The notes under the pieces: model-generated
Databases searched by the model: none
What the model saw: the letters and a program-made list of their open reading frames with translations, nothing else
Told to the model about the DNA's origin: nothing
NCBI GenBank assembly: GCA_040954595.2
Contig: CM082585.2
Coordinates: 3,750,902 to 3,814,901 of the forward strand
DNA: 64,000 bases
Direction: 5' to 3'
Origin: Balanoglossus misakiensis
Taxonomy: Eukaryota > Animalia > Hemichordata
Program-made: the position numbers and the translations under genes
Shown here: piece by piece, positions 24,552-39,913 of the stretch
How the letters are laid out: every line of letters begins with the position of its first letter
How positions within the stretch are numbered: the first letter of the stretch is position 1

Positions 24552-25360
24552 ATAAGTGTCCTTAAGACTCCTTGTATTAACAAACAAGCTTTACAAACAA
24601 CTGTCCCAGTGGCTGATGTCAAAAGAAGCAAATCCGCAACTGTTGACATTAGAGAGAAGATGAACTCTGGTCTTTCACCTTCGAATGCAAAAGTCATATT
24701 AATAGTGTACCAACCTGAAAATTTTAATTATCAAAAAATGTGAACATTGGAAATTGTGGTTCCATTTCTACTCTATGTAACACAGTTTTCTTTTTCAACT
24801 TTAACCGGAAATGCTGTATTTTACTAGAAATATTCACATTAATAATCTGTATCAACCAGGATTTGCTATGCGTATTCCGACAATCTGTATTAACTTGGAA
24901 GATAACAATCTTTACACTGTTATGTATATTGATTCTTTCTTAAATTTTTATAGTTGAGTTTAATTTCATGAGTGAAATTGACGTTTTTGTATTAAACACT
25001 TTACTTTTACTTACTGGAAATACCATTGCGTTTTGTGTGCTGAACTAATATAATATAAGCAACAAAAATAAAATATCAACATGTGAGTGTCTATCAAAAT
25101 AAAAGAAGCCAAAGTACAAGGAAAAACCTAGACAAGTGTCCACACCCCTAATACAATCAGACAACAGAGGGCACTCGTGACAGCCCTGATAACCCCAGGA
25201 CTCCAGGTCAAAGAAACGGATCGATATGTGTTCAGTTGCCCAGTCGACACTCTACATGCATCAAGTACTAGTATTTGATTTCATCAAAATCTCTGGATGC
25301 CTCTGGATTTATTTGCATTAACACGCCGCTGAATACTGGAAGGTGGGTACATGTATATTC

Positions 25361-25378
25361 TCTCTGTCTCTGCCTGCC

Positions 25379-25420
<42 letters not shown>
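25361..25420. repeat. (CTGC/CTGT/CT)n microsatellite
   Basis: Visible simple repeat. Confidence 0.9.
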
Positions 25421-25925
25421 GATCGCTTGAGATTGAACATGGAGACATGGGGATACTTGCATACACAGGCCTTGTTTGCCAAATCCGGCTATAGGTCAAA
25501 CAAGTTCTGACATACATCAGAGAAACAACTCTGATCTGCCAACTGAATGTGATTTTCTGTTCACTGTATTATCCTACAGAAGAGAAATATCCGGAAAACT
25601 GGTTGAAGGACTTAATTGTATCTTGATAAGAGGAAATATCAAAATGAGAATTCGAAACATGTCTTTCAGCAAATCCAGCAGACGTTATTGCCGGCCAGGC
25701 TAGTCTCTAGCAGCGGTCACGCTGACACAAACAGTAACACGTGCGTACACGATCATACACTGCTGTATGTACTACAACACGATTAGGGACTTGCCAACAA
25801 CACCGCCGACACCGTAAATACTCACACTCCTTGTTTCCAACTTTTGCAATTTGGATCAAAGCCGTGGTGTTTACATTTAAAAGAAAATGCTTCTTCTTAC
25901 AGATTGTGCCAAATTTATTTGAAGT

Positions 25926-26654
25926 ATGGCGTGTTTGAGTGAGTTCTTACATTCCTTCAAGGTAAGCCTATGAAACGACCAAAAAAAAGAATAAATTCAT
26001 TATCAAATGATTACCTGTTTTATCAATAAAAAAGGTAATGCCAAATCCCGTTTTTTGTCAGATTTTACAGTAGGAAGATTATGTGTTAAACGTGGGTCCA
26101 TTAGCACACAGAAGCGATGTCACAGATTCTCACCTTGCTAACCAGGTGTATACATGTACTAACATGTAAATTCCAAATGTGCAATTTGACGATTGGCTAC
26201 TGGGTGACAGGTTATGACGTAATGTGGCATGTCGTCAGATCCTGTACTTGCTTGGGACTCGTTCACAGGTGAAATGCGGTTATGAAGAGGTCTGTCTCGG
26301 GAGTGTTTAACTGTGGGTTTGTCCTTTGGCGTTTGTTTTTTTGTCAACTTTGCGGCGTTTGTGTTGCCTAGGCCTGCACGTGAACATTTGCAATTGTTAC
26401 TGTGCAACATTTTGGACTACTGGGTTTGTTCCCATTTGATAATCACCACGCAGGCTGAAGACACCGAGGTGACACTTGCCGACAAGCTGAAACCCAAACC
26501 GGATCCAGACAACTTGTCCTTTGGCGGGGAGTTCACAGATCACATGCTCGTTATAAAATGGAGCAAGGGCGCGGGTTGGGGAAAGCCACGGATCGGTCCA
26601 TTGCAGAATTTGTCGGTGCATCCAGCCGCTTCGACGTTACAGTTCTGCGTCCAG
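25926..26654 (+). pseudogene. BCAT: Branched-chain amino acid aminotransferase 5' fragment: exons 25926-25961 and 26454-26654, no downstream exons
   Basis: MACLSEFLHSFK|AEDTEVTLADKLKPKPDPDNLSFGGEFTDHMLVIKWSKGAGWGKPRIGPLQNLSVHPAASTLQFCVQ| with intact splice sites; matches the BCAT FGxxFTDHML exon. The next intron runs into LINE sequence within about 60 bp. Confidence 0.85.
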
Positions 26655-26709
26655 GTACACATGTCTTGTCTCCGGTTCCGTCGTCCTCTGTTTCATTTAA
26701 AACTCGCTT

Positions 26710-26896
26710 CGTATATTCTTCGTTAGTCAGAGACTTTGGGTCACGGTATTCCTTCAAAATTTCTTCAATAGTTTCATTTACCAGCTTAATATAATTTGGG
26801 TCACGTAAATGTGAAGTATTCAACTTCCAGAAACCTCTTCCACTTTTAGAATTTATAATCGAAGCACTAAACGAAATCATTGAATTGTCTGTTCTG
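26710..26896 (-). pseudogene. LINE ORF2 fragment (end of endonuclease domain and linker)
   Basis: RTDNSMISFS...GRGFWKLNTSHLRDPNYIKLVNETIEEI, the WKLN motif that follows the APE domain in L1/Tx1 ORF2. Inner boundary approximate. Confidence 0.8.
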
Positions 26897-27744
26897 TCAA
26901 AAGCAAAAGTTCGTTGGCAAAAGTATGTGACCCCCCCTAAACGTTTAAAAAAAACAGATGACCCCCCCTTGTGGACTTCAAATTTTAAGTGACCCCCCCC
27001 CCCCCTGGATTTTGCCGCCCCCCCCCACCGGCCGTAAAAAAACTGAACGGTCCCTAAGCCTAGTCGAAGGAAACCGCAGCCTCCAGAAAATTCAACGAAT
27101 ATGAGAACTAGGATAAAGTTCGCAGTGTCCGTTGTATTTCAGAGCTACTTCTACATTTTCCGTGTGTAATAAAACTGACCAATATTGGCTGGACACAGTG
27201 GCACCAATAATTGTCAGAGTTACAAAAACTCAATTTCAGAATTAAATGTAATACCAAAAGATGAAAACACGTCAGAAAACGAATTCGTCCAATTCCAGAA
27301 ATATTAGCATTTCACTTGGCCGTCATTAGCCACGGGCCCTGACTCTTTTAAGGCTGAAATAGAATTATATTTCAGAAATTCTGGTATTTACTCTACTAAC
27401 TTAGACATAAGTAATTTTCATCATAAACAGTAATGATGTTTTCTGTTCATGGTGAGATCTCGCGAGACCTGGGTAATTATCATAGCAACATGTTACTAGC
27501 CATGTAATACAAATCAAGCTTTGTATGTAACTGGAATAGGTAGAGAATTTATAAAAAAATGTGATTTACTTCATTTAATTTTGGTACAGTGTCTGCAGTT
27601 GAATGTCGGAATCTCACAAAGTTGATGTCAAATCTGTGTAAATTCCCATGTGCTCAAATTCTACTATGAAGTTCGTTCAATTAGAACCTGGCAACTTTAC
27701 ATGCATATTGGAATGAAAACAACATCATCCACGTACAATTTTAA

Positions 27745-28014
27745 TCATGACAGAAATGTAATTGTTTGTTTCCATAACTGATGAATGTTTATTCGGTGTT
27801 GAGTCATGTAATAAACAAATTTCAATCCATGTTCCTCTGCTTTCTCAGTAATTTCTCGATCAAAAAATTCATTTTGCGCGACAGTGAAGTGGTTCTTCCA
27901 ATCATCGACTCGACCTCTGCGCTGGTGACGAGCATCATCTGGAATGGCATGTGTATCCGCGCCAACCATTGAATATTGTCGGAAGATTTCCTGCCCTTGA
28001 CTCATTGCAACAAC
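27745..28014 (-). pseudogene. C-terminal fragment of a cytosolic sulfotransferase paralog
   Basis: ARHQRRGRVDDWKNHFTVAQNEFFDREITEKAEEHGLKFVY aligns with the end of the 11933-12850 protein; 5' side cut by a MITE at 28015. Confidence 0.85.
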
Positions 28015-28466
28015 AGAGCGGTTTAGTTATACGTAAATACGCGTACGTCTGACGGCAGGCAGTGGCGTTCGCGTATGTGTAGCGACGCGTGAATTTTGCG
28101 GTTAAGTTGTCCGTTTTGAATAACACAAATATTTAAAAACAATCGAAAATTCAAATATTTTTCACTTCAATAAATTTTGTGTGTGATGAATATTCTCTAA
28201 GATCACCACCCTTGCAATAAGTTTCTTGACTGCAGTGGAAATATAGTTTACATGTAGTGAAGTTTTCCGATGTCTTTATCGAGGCGTCCACTGAAAACTT
28301 AGCATGAGAATATTTTTTTGTGTGTTCGTGTTTTGAAAACACCAAATACCGCCGGTTTTAGCACATATAGCAGATTTTTTTTTCAGATTACATGGATGCT
28401 GGCTACATCACAATTGCACTTCAGAGAATAATCGCTCAAATTAAAGAAAGAGAATATCGAGAAATT
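28015..28466. mobile_element. Truncated copy of the MITE at 60436-60990
   Basis: agagcggtttagttatacgtaaatacgcgtacgtctgacggcagg...gagaatatcgagaaattcc is nearly identical to 60436-60833; right end missing. Confidence 0.8.
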
Positions 28467-29460
28467 CCCTCAGAATATGCGACAGAATAAAATCCCCTGG
28501 TAAATCGTAATCTGCCAGAATACAACTTACCTACTCTACTGAGGTGAGAACAGCAAGCTTGAGTTGTAACAAAAGATGCCACGTTCTGAAGTCAGCTGTT
28601 GGTGTAGTTTAACATTTCTAACTAACTTCTCTGATGAAAAAGTCTACTATTAGTGGAAAATTATTTCAATTTTTTTCCCATCAGGCTTAATAAATCAATG
28701 TAACATGCCTTCCCAGGCTCAGAATATGCGACAGAATAAAATCCCCTGGTAACTGCCAAAATACAACTTGACTACCGGGATTATTCACAAAATCCTGTCG
28801 CTTTGTGTCGACACTCACATAACTTAAACATCCTAGTTTTCATAACAATTATTAAATTGAATTACAAACAAGACATTCTTCTTGCAGTGCATTTATTTAT
28901 TTATTTATTTATTCTCTGCCAAATTTATAATGATATACATGTAAATGAACAAAGTGCCCCTTTTCCATTAATTATATTTGATACAAGACACCATTTATGT
29001 TATTCTACATGTGGATATATAGTGATCAATGTTCAATCACACACGACTTCCATCCCGTTTGTAGGATATGACAGTAAACATCTCGCCAAAATGAATAAAT
29101 AATGGAAAAGTATTTTATTTTTTTTCCACTAGACTTAATAAATCTATGTAACATGTCTTCCCTCAGAATATGCGACGGAATAAAATCCCCTGGTAAATCG
29201 TAATCTGCCAAAATACAACTTGACTACCGGGATTAATCACAAAATCCTGTCGCTTTGTGTCGACACTCACATAACTTAAACATCCTAGTTTCCATAACAA
29301 TTATTAAATTGAATTACAAACAAGACATTCTTCTGGCAGTGCATTTATTTATTTATTTATTTATTTATTCTCTGCCAAATTTATAATGATATACATGTAA
29401 ATGAACAAAGTGCCCTTTTTCCATTAATTATATTTGATACAAGACACCATTTGTTCGACC
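28467..29460. repeat. Local imperfect tandem duplications
   Basis: ctcagaatatgcgac(a/g)gaataaaatcccctggtaa recurs near 28470, 28720 and 29162; about 28720-29000 is duplicated at about 29162-29450. Confidence 0.8.
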
Positions 29461-30923
29461 ACACACAACTTTCATCCCATTTGTAGGATATGAGAGTAAA
29501 AAGTCTCGCCAAAATGAATAAATGGTAGAGACCGATTATTCATTTTGGTGAGTTTTTCACTCTCATGTCTACAATTGGGATGAAAGTTGTGTATGGTCGA
29601 ACATTGATTCACTATATTTCCATATGTAAAATAACATATAAAGCGGTGTCTTGTATCAAACATAACAAACATAATAAATGGAAAAAAGGGCAGCGAGAGA
29701 GAGACTTCGTCCCTTTTAAATGAACAACATTTCCCCTTAGTAAACATATTCGTTTTTATTGACCTCTATAATGTGTTTTTCACATAATTTTTAAAAATAG
29801 TAATAGGATAGAAAGAATCAAACAGGAACGCAGTATTGTCAAATCAATAGTCGGCTTGTCTCCTTGCAACATGTTTTGTCGTGCTGCTTGTAGCGAATCC
29901 CTAGAGATTTTACACATATTACGCCAGTTGTACATTTTACACATAACGTTAATAATAGTTTGTTTAGTCGGGACTAGGGTAGTACCCTCCATATTGACAA
30001 TTTATCTACATAAGAATGCACATCAGAGATATGTCAGCTTCTTTTCAACAGAAAATGCTTCATTGCTCCCATGGGGGATACCCAAAAAGCTTGAAATCTA
30101 ATTCATAGATTTTGTGTAACTTTTCAATTTGATCCTTAGTGAGTCGATTGAAATAGGAACGCAAAACACTCTCCTGTGAACTATTGGTGGTTCTCGGGCT
30201 GTATGGATAAGTAACTTTGTCAGTTGCATTAAGTTTTTGCAGAACATATTGACTTTCTTCGACAATGTTCTCAATTTTACCAAAGAAATTGAAATTGTTA
30301 TTCATACGCCTCAAAATATATACTGCGGGCGATAATGAATGTTAAAAGCGCGCGGATTGCTGTCTATCAGGAAATCTACAAATTCTTCCCATTTTACGTC
30401 ATCTCCTGTTTTTAAACTGTGGTTTGAAGGATTTTTTCGGTACATTTTAATAATGTTTATTCTAGTTGGCCTCATAAACCCTTCAGTTCCTTGTTTCGGC
30501 ATCTCGAATTTGTCTCTGAATGCAGACACCAGTCTTGAGAATGGATGGCGGGAAAACATAAAGGAAAAATATGGCGGAATTTCAGTTTTGTCGGTCCCTA
30601 CGAAAATCGGTGGTCCTTCCCTGTGAACATACCTTCTGTCTTTCTTGAGAATGTCCTCCATTGAATCCGATTTTCCGGTGAGGACAAAGATAGCCCTCTT
30701 CCAAGATGTCGACCCAACCTTCAGTGTGCAACAATAGACAAATTTATGGTCATCATCAATGATAAAGTATCCCTTGCTCTCGACGTAAGAACCATTTTGT
30801 TTCACTTCCACGCAGACCCTTTCAACCAAGTTTCTTCTGCGAACTTGCTCGGCTTCTATTCGACGCACATCAGATTTCGCCAACAATCCTCCAGTCTGTT
30901 TTTTTCTGACAAAAATAGCAATA

Positions 30924-31087
30924 CAGTCAAACCTGTATATAGTGGCCAGTCAAGGAACTTTCCTAAACTGGCCTTTATAGACAGATGGCCATTACAGACA
31001 TGCGAATAAGTGCATATGTTAATTGCATAGGGACTGTAACAAACTGGCCACTATATCCAGAATTGGCCACTAACACAGGTTTGACTG
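30924..31087. mobile_element. Tc1/mariner-pogo-type MITE
   Basis: ta-cagtcaaacctgt..agtggcca ... tggccact..acaggtttgactg TIRs. Confidence 0.75.
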
Positions 31088-31157
31088 CATATTTAAGAAA
31101 TGCCCGAAGAATTTTGTTAAACATCAACACAGGAAAATTATCTGTGGATAAATTTCC

Positions 31158-34845
<3,688 letters not shown>

Positions 34846-36036
34846 TATACGGCGCCAAAGTCCAGAAGTTCTGCTCAGTGGCGCCCGAGTGTTGTTCACA
34901 CAACATATTCTTTTTCCAAACGAATATGATGATGATGAGACTCTAGACTGGGTGTTATCACAAACCTTCGTAGTGACAAGTCCAGGGTGTTGCCTTGCTG
35001 TCTTACCTCATTGATTGTTTCATCCGAAGACTCGTTGTCTTGATTGTCTTGTACATCTGACCATGTCCAGCGTGATACGGCTATAGCAAACAGAGAACAG
35101 TGTAAATTCACCCGTGTGGGATAGTAGAATTGAATGCTTTCTCACTCACTGCGAGATCTCGCGAGGCTTGTCCGGGTTGCTAAGCCAAGTAATATTAGCA
35201 CATGCCAAGTTTTGTGTGAAACTAGAATAAGTGTAGTTTCACGAAAATTGTAACTTTTGTTCTGTTTAGTACAATGGGTCATATGTTGTCTGCCCTGTGT
35301 CACATGAGAAATTTATGTCCTCCCATATTATAACACCTAGTCATTCGAGATCTCGCAGATTCTCTAGGAGTACGGAAATGGTCTATTGACTGTAACATTT
35401 ATTCAATTAGAATTTTCATATTCACTGCTTGGTTTACCAGACGATAGAAACTAATTTTGAAGAGATGAGCAGTTGATGAATCAAATCATAACAGCTGGAC
35501 TAATGTTAATAGTTATTGTGCCACAACATCCTAAAATTACTAGTATTGCACGCAGGAATACACCCTTGCATGAAACAGGTGCCAGCAAGGTGTCATTTAC
35601 AATGTTTTTTCTATAGACACTAGCTTCTTCTGGCTGGGGGTGGATTCTATTTTGCGGATATCAAAAAGTGACTGACCCCCCCCCCCCTCCTCATTGAAAA
35701 GTGGGTGAGCCCCCTGGTTAGCCTCCACCACCCAATTCCATAACAGGATAAAAAAAAACGCCCCGGGGCGAAGAAAGTGACTAGTCCCTTATTACTGTCT
35801 TCACCAATTTGCAAGATTGACACGATAGCTCCGTAGACATAGAGTTTGTCTACTCAAATCAATCAGTAAGCTTTAACAATTATCAACATTTAAAGGAATG
35901 AAACAGTTTTAAAATCAGGCAGTTTACTTGTACTGGCGAATGAGAGGCGGGGTTTCTGTTGTGGTTGCAATCATGCAGTTGGTCAGAATCTGCAACATGT
36001 GCATGTGTCATGATTGGTGGTAACTTGATCGACAGC

Positions 36037-36090
<54 letters not shown>
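36037..36090. repeat. (GAT)18 microsatellite
   Basis: Perfect trinucleotide run. Confidence 0.95.
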
Positions 36091-36092
<2 letters not shown>

Positions 36093-37899
36093 GCAGTCCG
36101 GAACATTTTGGATGTTACACTGGATACACGGTCACCACCCATTAACATATGCTCAAATGACTTAAAATTGCGTGTCTGGTGGCGCTGTTGTTGCTATACC
36201 GTATACACCTTCTGAAAATCTGTGATTGGATAGGTTTCGATTTGCCATGGTAACTATGGCTATTGGGGGAGGGCCCCATACACTACACTTTCAACAAACG
36301 AATACGAGAAACGTGATTGGAAGTTGCCCCATTGATCCCTGACCTAGTACAATTCATATGGAGAGAATATACTTCTATATTCAGGTCACGTGGAGTCGAG
36401 TACGGTACTCCTTTTCAGATCACTTAAAGCTTGATACAAGTCCTCAGATTCGTCTGCCATACTACAGTACTACTGATGCAATATCACGCAAGGTTGCTCG
36501 TTCAACGAGCTATCGATTTGTTTCATCTTGTCGCAAGATTGGCCAGGGTTCTTCTACGATGGTCTTTTTCATCGATTGTCTACATGACGTGTAAACTTAA
36601 TTTTCATACCAACACCATCGGCAAATGGGACGTCTCATTATTCATTAACAATTATCGTAATTTATCCCTCCGATATCATCAAGTTTCTTAAACACGAATT
36701 TTCATTCGTGGCCGAAGTTGTTTACCAAAATCGATGTTCTTATAGTACGTTTTGCAGACGACAAAGTCAAAAATACTCAAGGTTCTAAAGCTTACAAAGT
36801 CTTATTTTTAGTCGACGCGGTGATAATTTCTCATTATTCATTAACACTAATTTATTGATTGAAATAGATGTATCAAATGCAAAATGTATTAAACAAATTC
36901 TATTGGCCTATAAGTTTATATAAACAGGTTCTAAATCATAATAATACTAGAAGTGGAAGGAATAATACGCGACCATAAAAAGCCCAATATATTTAAAGAG
37001 TAGTTCGCTGAAGATAGTGATCATTTGGTGGGGGGGGGGGGGGGGCTTGAAGCTGCATGTATTTTATTATTTCATTAAAATGCCTTATTTTAAAAAAAAT
37101 AGGGGTGGTGTGAAGGGGGTGATATATGTAAATGGTATCTTATAAGTGTTATCAACAATATTATAGGGTTATTATCACAAAATCTGTCCCTCTATGGACG
37201 AGGGCTCAGTGAGTGACGCATTGGGATGGTCCCCTGTCCCATTCCCACCGCTGGCTGCGCTACGCTAAAAGGGATTCCCTCGAATGCGAATCTGTTTCTG
37301 TCTTTCGCGGTGTGGCAAAAGTGTAGCCTCTACGCAGTCGGAAAGTGACGGACAGCAGACGGCACCCACGGGATTCCCGCACAGTACGTATACAGGTAGC
37401 TATCCTGTAAGTGTTGACAGTAGTATTAGTAACTTGATCACTGTCGAAGGCGTAGTCCACCTGCCCGTTCACGGCAACAACCGGATGCGTTGCAATCATA
37501 TGCTTCGAGCTTAGACGGCGTGATTTCGACGACGCCTTCGCAGCATGTACCATCGTATAACGTACACACTGACATACTTGGCGGAAATAAAGTTCTGGCC
37601 AGGGGGTAGCTGCGGATCAGTAGCTCTAAGATTTGCCTGGAATGGTGTGTGGTTTGCCGTCTAACCCCAAAACCAACAGGCAAAACCTTGACCAAAACCG
37701 CAGCTAACTCAGGGGAGCTGCAGGTCAACTCGGGGTCACTGCTCACTATTATGAAATCGTTCATGTCAATCACTTCTCTTGACCATTGCCTGGAGCGAAA
37801 TATTCTATGACTTGACCTTCTAGTGATTGGCCGCAATTATGAGCATAGGTATATAAGGAAACCTTTTTTTTTAATATCAAAGGAAATCATATTAGTATG

Positions 37900-37991
37900 T
37901 AGCTGCGGTACGCAGCTGTACCGTTGGGGGGGGGGGGGGGGGCATGGGGTAATCCCCCCCCCCCCAATGGTACAGCTGATTACCACAGCTA
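37900..37991. mobile_element. 92-bp TAG...CTA hairpin MITE with perfect 9-bp TSD
   Basis: attagtatg|tagctgcggta...cagctgtaccgttggg...cccaatggtacagctg..taccacagcta|attagtatg. Confidence 0.85.
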
Positions 37992-38944
37992 ATTAGTATG
38001 AGGTAATAAATGGTGCTCCGGTATTTGGTGAGATAATTTCACCCATATGTGCGTTATATTTGATATTATATTATATTATAGCTTTATCAATACCAGTGAA
38101 TTATGTGACGTCATAGCTATACATTATTACTGATAATGTATCGTGTTATTCGATGGACGCGCGACGCACCCAAGAACCAGTGGACGTGTACAATTTCCGA
38201 CTGAATAACGGAAGTTTTCAGACAATGCGAACATTTAGAGGGCTAAAAAAAGAAATGCAAACGTACACAGAATAAATACGGCGATATTTATTAATTTCCA
38301 AATCTGTCCTCGACTGGCGTTTTGTTTATTTTGTCTTCCTACGGCCGCAGTACATGTCGTCTGCTCTTGAATCACGCGCAGTCAACATGGCTCGCTCACG
38401 CACGTAATTAAAGCAAACCTCTCCATGATGCTGGATTTGACATTCGTTCACCATACATACCGTGTACCATGTACCAAGCAGTCATGTCAACGAAGCTATA
38501 CGTAAAAAAATTATGCCGCAAGTGTCACTGTCATGTTGTCTACGCGGTACGAAGGGTCGATCGCGATATCGAGGGCGAGTTTGTTTATGTATTGCAACCT
38601 TCAGAGCGCCCGTATACGTGAACTTTCCTGAGAACGCAAACGAATTCAAATATTCCCCGAGTCCTCCCCAAGATTACACAAAAATCGAAACTTTTTCAGA
38701 TATATTTCAGCAGAACCCTTAAATGAATTTTCACATGCGTAAATAAACCTTCATTATTTATTTCCTGATGTTTGAATATGATACTAGAAATGTACAGTAC
38801 ACTGACACACCGCGATCAGGTGACCTTTTGTTTACGCGTACGCCATTGCTCTGTTCTCGATCTCCGTGTCCGAGTCTGCATTGTTCGCACCTATACTTTT
38901 TGAAGTCTGCAAATTCACTGGCATTGACAAAACTATAAAATAAT

Positions 38945-39653
38945 GAGAATAATGAACGCCCCAAAGACCCATAATGGACTCAAGCACACATTGTGCTCCA
39001 TAATATACTCGGCTTCGCCTCGTATATTATGACGCACAATGTGTGCTTTCGTCCATTATGGGTCTTTGGGGCGTTCATTATTCTCTAATTATATCATGCT
39101 ACCGTCCGCGATTCTGATTGGACGAGAGCTGAATCCAGCGATGGTAAAATACTGTTTTACCATGGCTAGCAGTGGTAAAACGGGCCCCTGAACTAGCATT
39201 CGGCAGCAAAAATGTGCGGTTAAACCACAGTCGCGCGTGTTTAAACCAAATAAATAAAACAAAAATACTGTTGAATTAACGGACGTTTTATTTTGGAACT
39301 GCTCTGTGGATATATTTGTCGCTTTGCCACGCGCGATGCCCGTCTTGTCACTTTTTGTCGTCTGCTGCATGTTTAATGCTCGATCCCGGCCGCGCGTGTT
39401 TACATTCGTCGTCGCCATTTTGGTTCACGATCGTAATTTCTCTTTCTGACGCCGTTTCGGTAAGAAAATGACACTGATATGCCACAAAAACAGTTGTTGA
39501 TATAATATAATAGCAATAACCCCCGCCTCAGTCGGGTATACACGAGATTTGGGTACAATTCGCTCCATATAGCACTCGCCTGACGGCTCGTGCTATATGT
39601 CTCGAATTGTACCCAAATCTCGTGTATACCCGCCTGCGGCGGGGGTTATTGCT
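38945..39653. repeat. Two long hairpins (38945-39085 and 39512-39653), probably non-autonomous Crypton-like elements
   Basis: Near-perfect inverted arms of about 65 bp around ctcggcttcgcctcg and cactcgcctgacggctcgtg centres. Family assignment is inference. Confidence 0.6.
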
Positions 39654-39913
39654 TAAATAAATCACCTTGCTTTTACATAGCTGTAGTTCAGTACCTAGAG
39701 GTTTTGCCTTGGTTTGTGTGTTAGACAGAAATAAACCAAGGCAAAACCTTTGAGCTACTGAACTGCAGCTACTTGCTTTATAGCTCTGTGATTATTTCCA
39801 TACCAGTTGAGGTCTTCCGCAACCAAATACCTTCACTGGCCATCTATGACCTCTAAATAGTGGTCTCTTTTGGTCAATTTTAGTCCACTGTGTGCGCCAT
39901 AGGCTTCAAGCTA

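Larger units (their letters stand above)
17807..26896 (-). mobile_element. 5'-truncated L1/Tx1-clade LINE, internally interrupted by about 5.9 kb of foreign DNA
   Basis: 15-bp TSD tcaaaagcaaaagtt at 17792-17806 and 26897-26911. T-rich (minus-strand poly-A) tail at about 17805-17836. ORF2 pieces at 18068-20827 and about 26710-26896. Confidence 0.85.
16802..27054. mobile_element. Composite PIF/Harbinger-like TIR element (about 1.15-kb MITE) carrying a nested LINE and captured genes
   Basis: TIR gggaccgttcagtttttacggc at 16802 and gccgtaaaaaaactgaacggtccc ending at 27054, with TAA on both outer flanks. MITE body is 16802-17806 plus 26912-27054. Confidence 0.8.

Noticed and set aside
20828-26710. 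LINE transduction, or a Helitron/TIR element, as the carrier of TRIM and BCAT
   Set aside because: The cargo is internal to ORF2, not 3' of it, and retains an intron. I found no convincing TC...CTRR ends, TIRs or TSD at its borders; only a weak ~10-bp inverted similarity.
30302-30313. UxxU selenoprotein reading of the CHST TGA-ggc-gta-TGA
   Set aside because: Downstream homology continues only in another frame, so a frameshift is required; pseudogene or sequence error is simpler.
37260-37836. GC-richer ORFs of 76-132 aa
   Set aside because: No recognisable domain; they overlap repeat fragments.
38170-38290. Possible degenerate transmembrane first exon of the CHST (minus strand NIAVFILCTFAFLFLAL)
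   Set aside because: Flanked by stops, with no clear start codon or phase-compatible donor; cannot be supported.
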